Of a DNA stretch of 58,707 bases, positions 56,179 through 58,707 are shown in pieces. The stretch covers positions 1-58,707 of the forward strand of contig JAQTPA010000005.1 in the NCBI GenBank assembly GCA_028713155.1, written 5' to 3'. Position numbers and translations under genes: made by a program. Below the pieces are notes generated by a model. That model did not search any database. It saw only the letters and a program-made list of their open reading frames with translations, and was not told where the DNA came from. Position 1 is the first letter of the stretch. Each line of letters begins with the position of its first letter. The DNA comes from Candidatus Omnitrophota bacterium. GTDB lineage: Bacteria; Omnitrophota; Gorgyraeia; Gygaellales; Profunditerraquicolaceae.

Positions 56179-56778
56179 ATGGCAAATTATACTGAATCCA
56201 TAGAAAAATTAATCAACGGATTAATCAAGCTTCCCGGCATAGGCCGGCGCAGCGCCGAACGCGTGGTCAGCTATATACTCGGGGCCCCTAAAGAGGAAAT
56301 AAGGTCCCTGGCCGAAGCCATAGGCAAGGTAAAGGAAAGCGTACGCTTTTGCAGCTTGTGCCATAATCTGAGCGAAGAAGAACTTTGCAAAATATGCCAG
56401 GATAGCCGGCGCCAGAAAGAGGTTATCTGTATTGTTGAAAAGCCTACGGATGTCACGGCCATAGAAAAATCCGGAAGTTTTAACGGCGTGTACCATGTTC
56501 TGCTGGGGGCGATATCGCCGCTGGAGGGCAAGGGGCCGGGAGATTTAAAAATAGACACATTAATGAGCCGCATAAAACAAAACAGTATTAAAGAAATCAT
56601 TATTGCTACCGACGCCGATACCGAAGGCGAAACCACAGCCTTGTACCTTACTAAGCTGATTAAGCCGCTGGGTGTAAAGTTAAGCCGCATCGGCTTAGGC
56701 TTGCCCGTGGGTTCAAACCTGGAGTACGCGGATTCCACCACTCTTTCCAAATCTTTAGAGTCCCGTCGCGCGATTTAA
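56179..56778 (+). CDS. recR: Recombination protein RecR
   Basis: LPGIGRRSAER, CSLC...CKIC zinc finger, YHVL, EGETTA, GSNLEYAD. Confidence 0.97.
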   Translation: MANYTESIEKLINGLIKLPGIGRRSAERVVSYILGAPKEEIRSLAEAIGKVKESVRFCSLCHNLSEEELCKICQDSRRQKEVICIVEKPTDVTAIEKSGSFNGVYHVLLGAISPLEGKGPGDLKIDTLMSRIKQNSIKEIIIATDADTEGETTALYLTKLIKPLGVKLSRIGLGLPVGSNLEYADSTTLSKSLESRRAI

Positions 56779-56781
56779 CCG

Positions 56782-58707
56782 ATGATTACCCTCAATAACC
56801 TATCCAAAAATTACGGCCGGAAAATCCTTTTTGAGAATATTTCCCTGAATATAAATAAAGGGGAGAAGATCGGCCTTATCGGCCCTAATGGCGCAGGCAA
56901 GACTACGCTTTTTGCACTTATCTTAGGAGAAATAGAATCTTCGTCGGGAGGGGCGAAGGTCAATAAGAATACGCATATCGGATATCTGCCCCAGGAGGCC
57001 AGCTTTAAATCCGAGCATACTGTTCTGGCAGAATTGATTGAGGGTGATGAGCGGATTATCAAATTGAAGCGGGAAAAGGAAGAACTGGAAAATAAAAATC
57101 TCGCTGGTTCCAGGCGCTACGGGGAAGTTTTACATGATTTAGAGACGCTGGACTTTTTTACGCTGGAGCATAAGGCCGAAAAGATCCTGATGGGGCTGGG
57201 TTTTAAAGAGAGGGATTTCAACCGGCCGATAAACCAGATGAGCGGAGGCTGGCAGATGCGTACTTTATTGGCCAAGCTCCTCACTTATCACTATGACCTT
57301 TTGCTGCTAGACGAGCCGACAAACTATTTGGATTTAAACGCCGCGCTTTGGCTTAAGGATTATCTGGCTTCTTTCCGGGGGACATTCATCATGATCTCCC
57401 ACGATCGGGCATTCCTGACCGATGTCACCAATTACACTTTAATCCTGGAGAACGGTTCCGTTACGAAGGTAGAAGGGAATTATGAGCATTACGAGCAGAT
57501 AAAAAGAGAGAGGCGCACGCACCTTGAGAAGCAATTTAAAGAGCAGGAGAAAAAAAGAGAGCAGCTGGAAAAATTCGTTGCACGTTTTCACGCCCAGCCA
57601 AACAAGGCGGCGGCAGTAAGGTCAAAACGCACGGCTTTGGAACGCCTGGAAAAAGAAGCGGTGGTTTTACCGGAAGACCCGCGGGAAAGTATAGGCGATT
57701 TCCGTTTTCCGGCGACCAGGAGAAGCGGGCACCGGATTGTTTCGCTGGAGAAAGCTGCCAAGGGCTACGGCGATATAAAGGTCTATCAGAATCTGGATTT
57801 TGAGATTACTCAGGGAGAGAAAGCGGTTCTGGCAGGAGAAAACGGAGCAGGAAAGTCCACGCTTTTAAAGATTTTATCCGGCGTGATTGATATTGACAGC
57901 GGCAGCCGCGTTGTCGGCCATAACGTAGATATCGGTTATTTTTCGCAGACGCGCACGGATGTCTTGAATGTGGAAAATACAGTTTTACAGGAGGCCTATT
58001 CTGCTGCGCCCGGCTATATGTCAGAAGAGACAATCCGGACCATACTCGGAGCGTTTTTATTTACCGGAGATGACGCGGATAAAAAAGTAAAAGTATTATC
58101 GGGGGGCGAGAAGAGCCGCTTGATCCTGGCTAAGCTTTTGATTGACCCGCCGAATTTTCTTCTGCTTGATGAGCCGACCACGCATTTAGATGTAGATGCG
58201 GTAGAGGCGTTAGTGGGGGCGCTTACAGATTATGAAGGGACGCTGGCATTTATCAGCCACGATATTTATTTTGTGCGTTCAGTCGCGAACGTCGTCTATG
58301 AGGTTAAGGAAGGCCGGATCAGGAAATTCCCCGGAAGTTTTGATTATTATCTGGAGAAAAAAGATACAGCTGAAATGTTGATTGAAAGGCCCAGGCAGAG
58401 AATTGACCCGCAAAAGCAAAAGCTGGAGCAGGATAGGCTCAAGGCGAAGGAAGAAGAGAAGCTAAGAAAGGAAGAAGAGAAGAAACGTAAGAGCATTAAT
58501 GTTTCTATAAGAGAAAGTATAACTAAATTAGAGAAGAAGAAAGAAAAGTTCCAGCTTGAAAGTTACGCCAAAGCGCGCGCTTTGTCTGATCCAAAAATTT
58601 ATCGGCGGGATGATGATATGGCGCGTGATTACGGCCGCCGGCTGAAAGAAATAGAAAAAGATATTTCCGGGATAGATATTCAAATAAAAGCACTTGAAGC
58701 TCAGATT
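56782..58707 (+). CDS. ABC-F family ATPase (Uup/YheS-like), 3'-truncated by window
   Basis: Not in the ORF track because no stop is reached. ATG 56782; two NBDs (GPNGAGKTT, SGGWQMR, LLDEPTN; GENGAGKST, SGGEKSR, LLDEPTT), no TM segments, C-terminal coiled coil. Confidence 0.93.
   Translation, partial: MITLNNLSKNYGRKILFENISLNINKGEKIGLIGPNGAGKTTLFALILGEIESSSGGAKVNKNTHIGYLPQEASFKSEHTVLAELIEGDERIIKLKREKEELENKNLAGSRRYGEVLHDLETLDFFTLEHKAEKILMGLGFKERDFNRPINQMSGGWQMRTLLAKLLTYHYDLLLLDEPTNYLDLNAALWLKDYLASFRGTFIMISHDRAFLTDVTNYTLILENGSVTKVEGNYEHYEQIKRERRTHLEKQFKEQEKKREQLEKFVARFHAQPNKAAAVRSKRTALERLEKEAVVLPEDPRESIGDFRFPATRRSGHRIVSLEKAAKGYGDIKVYQNLDFEITQGEKAVLAGENGAGKSTLLKILSGVIDIDSGSRVVGHNVDIGYFSQTRTDVLNVENTVLQEAYSAAPGYMSEETIRTILGAFLFTGDDADKKVKVLSGGEKSRLILAKLLIDPPNFLLLDEPTTHLDVDAVEALVGALTDYEGTLAFISHDIYFVRSVANVVYEVKEGRIRKFPGSFDYYLEKKDTAEMLIERPRQRIDPQKQKLEQDRLKAKEEEKLRKEEEKKRKSINVSIRESITKLEKKKEKFQLESYAKARALSDPKIYRRDDDMARDYGRRLKEIEKDISGIDIQIKALEAQI

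Noticed and set aside
68-58033. Numerous short antisense or alternate-frame ORFs in the track (e.g. 55087-55845, 56271-56750, 18047-18475, 53144-53500)
   Set aside because: They are shadows of well-supported genes on the other strand or frame and show no motifs.
1-58707. CRISPR array, rRNA or IS element
   Set aside because: No regularly spaced direct repeats, rRNA-like sequence, transposase ORF or terminal inverted repeats seen.

Overview
About 50 kb (1-49659) of this window is one nearly all plus-strand, tightly coupled biosynthetic locus that continues past the left edge. It encodes 17 radical SAM enzymes (9 with a cobalamin-binding domain, 8 SPASM/twitch type), 4 paralogous U32-family Fe-S proteins with a non-standard Cys/His motif, 6 GT-C-type membrane glycosyltransferases, 3 GT2 enzymes, 2 extended SDRs, a DegT aminotransferase, an N-acetyl-sugar amidotransferase, a membrane-anchored arylsulfotransferase-like protein, a methyltransferase, a PaaK-like adenylate ligase and an old-yellow-enzyme reductase. 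It reads as an oxygen-independent tailoring pathway for an envelope glycoconjugate or glycolipid. I do not recognise it as a described pathway, and the product is inferred, not shown. Two decayed gene relics and several micro-ORFs lie in the intergenic gaps. Next come a permease-less ABC ATPase / G3E GTPase / Fe-S protein trio, an exported NTF2-like protein and an orphan CpaF/TadA-type secretion ATPase. The window ends in a housekeeping block: tRNA-Arg(ACG), tadA, tRNA-Ser(GCT), dnaX, recR and an ABC-F ATPase cut by the window end. Protein style suggests an anaerobe, possibly Candidatus Omnitrophota (inference). All family assignments come from motifs read by eye; no database search was run.
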